DNA of 48,337 bases from a virus (lineage: Duplodnaviria > Caudoviricetes), in IMG/VR virus record IMGVR_UViG_3300025154_000149, positions 1-48,337 of that record. One strand, given 5' to 3'. The translations under genes and the position numbers were made by a program. This document shows positions 46,267 through 48,337 of the stretch, piece by piece (the first letter of the stretch is position 1; the number at the start of each line of letters is the position of its first letter). Below the pieces are notes generated by a model. That model ran no database searches. It saw only the letters and a program-made list of their open reading frames with translations, and was not told where the DNA came from.

Positions 46267-46461
46267 TTATATCATAATTCTATGTTTATAACAAAGATGA
46301 CAATATCCCCAATCTCTTTCATTACCCATCAGTTGTGTTCCACAGTTATAGCAAAGCTTATGCATATTTTCTATTTCTTCTTCAATGGTAATTATCTTTT
46401 TATTTCGTTCAAAAATTTCGTTATAATGTGGCAAACATTCTTTGCGTTCAACGTGTTTCAT
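46267..46461 (-). CDS. Small zinc-finger protein
   Basis: CYNC...CHLC. Confidence 0.5.
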   Translation of the reverse strand: MKHVERKECLPHYNEIFERNKKIITIEEEIENMHKLCYNCGTQLMGNERDWGYCHLCYKHRIMI

Positions 46462-46498
46462 TATATAAATTTTAAATTAATTACATCCGAATACAAAT

Positions 46499-46756
46499 TT
46501 AGCATCTTTTTAATTTTCTTAAAATCTGCCATTTATAAAAAGCAATCACACTTCTATAAAACCCTTCAATTTTCCACTTCCAATGATTTCTTCTTATTAA
46601 TTCGTTTATTGTCAATTCAATTACACTTTCTCCTGATGGGAAAAAGTTAACATAATCAACAAGTAATTGATTAAATTCCCGATGTGTCAATTTTTCATTT
46701 GTATGTTTCGGCAGATAGTCATACCCCAACATAGGAAGTTCTTTTTGCATTTCCAT
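46499..46756 (-). CDS. Hypothetical protein
   Basis: 85-aa ORF. Confidence 0.5.
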   Translation of the reverse strand: MEMQKELPMLGYDYLPKHTNEKLTHREFNQLLVDYVNFFPSGESVIELTINELIRRNHWKWKIEGFYRSVIAFYKWQILRKLKRC

Positions 46757-47050
46757 TTTTAAATCTTTTGATAAAATTAATTATTATAATGGAGTTAAGC
46801 AAGGGCAATTAATGTTTCAAAATCAGACAAATACCGTGTTTCCGGTTTTATGAAATAAAAAAGTTCGCTAATTTCAGCGAACCAGGACTTTTAAGTACTG
46901 CCGGAAACACTCCGCTTTGAGCGCGCAAAATCCCACACGGGAGATCCTGCGGAGTTGTTAAGTACAACATCCAAACTTCATTTTTTTCAGATTAAAGGCA
47001 CATTCTCAAAAAAAGTGATAAAAAAAACTAAGCCCAGCGCTATATTTTTA

Positions 47051-47470
47051 TTAATCAAAGGGCAATGGCTCTTTTTCTTTTACCTGTTTAACTGGCTTTT
47101 CAGCTTTTTCAGTGCCTGGCTTAATTACCTGGGTGTTGGCAAAAAGATAACAAAGAGGCCAGTATTTAAATTCTTCGGGTTCCTGGCTTCCTTCGGGTGT
47201 TTGCGTTGCGGTTCTTGGTTGCCCCCATACTAAAAAGGCTTTTGCTCCCTTTTTAACAATATGCCCGCTTCCCTTCCATTGGTTGAAGGTGTTAAACTCT
47301 TTTATGTTTTTATTTTGTTGCCTGTATAGGTCTGTTAGTGCCTCGTTTACTGTTTCATATTCGCCCGATTCCATTAACTGGCGTGCTTCCTTACTAAGTT
47401 CTATTAACTGCTTGCGTTTTTCAATATACGCTTGCTTTCTGTCTGATAATTTTGTATTTTTCGTTTCCAT
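47051..47470 (-). CDS. ArdC N-terminal-like ssDNA-binding/antirestriction protein
   Basis: FNTFNQWKGSGHIVKKGAKA...YLFANTQV matches ArdC-N (DUF1738) motifs. Confidence 0.75.
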   Translation of the reverse strand: METKNTKLSDRKQAYIEKRKQLIELSKEARQLMESGEYETVNEALTDLYRQQNKNIKEFNTFNQWKGSGHIVKKGAKAFLVWGQPRTATQTPEGSQEPEEFKYWPLCYLFANTQVIKPGTEKAEKPVKQVKEKEPLPFD

Positions 47471-47501
47471 TTTTAAAAATCTTTTAAGGTTTTTAGAAAA
47501 T

Positions 47502-47533
47502 AACCCCCATCAGATTGCAGTCTAATGGGGGTT
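47502..47533 (-). terminator. Stem-loop between early genes
   Basis: AACCCCCATCAGA-TTGCAG-TCTAATGGGGGTT. Confidence 0.65.
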
Positions 47534-47543
47534 AACTTTTTAT

Positions 47544-48020
47544 TTATGCCTGAATTTCGCTTTCAAGTTTTACAATTTTTTGAGCAATAGCCTTCAAAAT
47601 ATAAGTAAGGCAATTTTCAATAATTATAGGGTTGGTAACTTCAAATAGATTTTCTCCCCTGTTGTACTGGGTGCTGTTTACGAGTGTTAATTTGTATTCT
47701 TTTTTGGTGAAGTCCTCATTTTCGGCAATGGGCTTAACGGCTTCAAGTGCTTCTTTTAGCTGCTCATTTTTTACTTTGAATAAATTGAGGTGTTCAATTT
47801 TGCGCTTTTTCTCCTCGAAAAATTTTATTCTTTCTTCGAGGTTTTCGGGTTGGTTGCTTTTGGCTTCCAGTTCCTTAACCTTGCGCAAAAGTTCGGCGTT
47901 TTGCTTTTGCAATAATTCGAGGTTAATAACTGGTTTTTGATCTTCTGCTTTTGGAGTTTTAGCAGTTTCAATTTTTTGGGCATTCTTCGCCCCTGTGGAA
48001 TTTGAATTTTTCGTTTCCAT
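47544..48020 (-). CDS. Coiled-coil hypothetical early protein
   Basis: Start revised to METKNS, which shares its 5' context with the 47470 gene. Confidence 0.6.
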   Translation of the reverse strand: METKNSNSTGAKNAQKIETAKTPKAEDQKPVINLELLQKQNAELLRKVKELEAKSNQPENLEERIKFFEEKKRKIEHLNLFKVKNEQLKEALEAVKPIAENEDFTKKEYKLTLVNSTQYNRGENLFEVTNPIIIENCLTYILKAIAQKIVKLESEIQA

Positions 48021-48337
48021 TTTTAAAATATTAAGGTTAAACAATATGAGGTTGCAGCCTCAAAACATTAATTAAATATACAAAAAAAAACAATACAAAC
48101 AAACTGCATTTTATTGATATTCTGCATGTTAACATAATTTATGCCGTTTAAGATATTACCATAAGGCAGCATTGATATAAAAAAAATTTTATGAAAAATT
48201 TGTCAAAATGGGCAATGTTATGTTAATATCGGGCAGATAAAAGGCTAAAAATTAAGTCAAAAAATATTTAATATGTTATATAACAGCTTTTTACCCCTGT
48301 TTGTTTTACTTTTTAAAAGTAAAAACAAAAAGTTAAT

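Larger units (their letters stand above)
1..48337. mobile_element. Temperate Bacteroidota phage genome, near complete, non-integrated (attP-intact) form
   Basis: Terminase, portal, protease, capsid, tape measure, tail, lysis, primase, repressor and integrase genes all present; no host housekeeping genes; integrase has phage genes on both sides; Bacteroidota-type TAnnTTTG promoter boxes. Confidence 0.9.

Noticed and set aside
183-48044. Alternative genetic code or stop-codon recoding
   Set aside because: Core genes are full length and densely packed under code 11, using all three stops

Overview
The window is an apparently near-complete (~48 kb) temperate Bacteroidota-type tailed phage, probably siphovirus-like, in non-integrated (attP-intact) configuration, with nearly all genes on the minus strand. 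It carries head genes (S49 protease, 702-aa major capsid, terminase), portal/neck/tail genes, a tape measure, a lysis cassette, a primase-helicase, a CI/Cro-like switch and a tyrosine integrase. Four things stand out from reading the DNA. (1) A compact diversity-generating retroelement sits in the early/replication region: RT 17862-18824, template repeat 18924-18998, and two tandem small paralogous target genes whose variable repeats differ from TR only at TR adenines. There is no recognisable avd, and the tail fibre is not targeted. (2) An array of four integron attC-like hairpins (11220-13221) delimits gene cassettes whose genes run antisense to normal integron polarity. It includes an empty cassette and a three-gene operon with its own promoter nested in one hairpin loop; no integron integrase is present. 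(3) Six copies of a rigidly spaced YGTCCTTT-N20-(-7 box) putative late promoter precede morphogenesis/lysis-region units. (4) An attP candidate has a tRNA-Ala/tmRNA-like 3' core flanked by six CAGACA arm-type repeats. Protein calls are from motif recognition and synteny only; no database searches were run.
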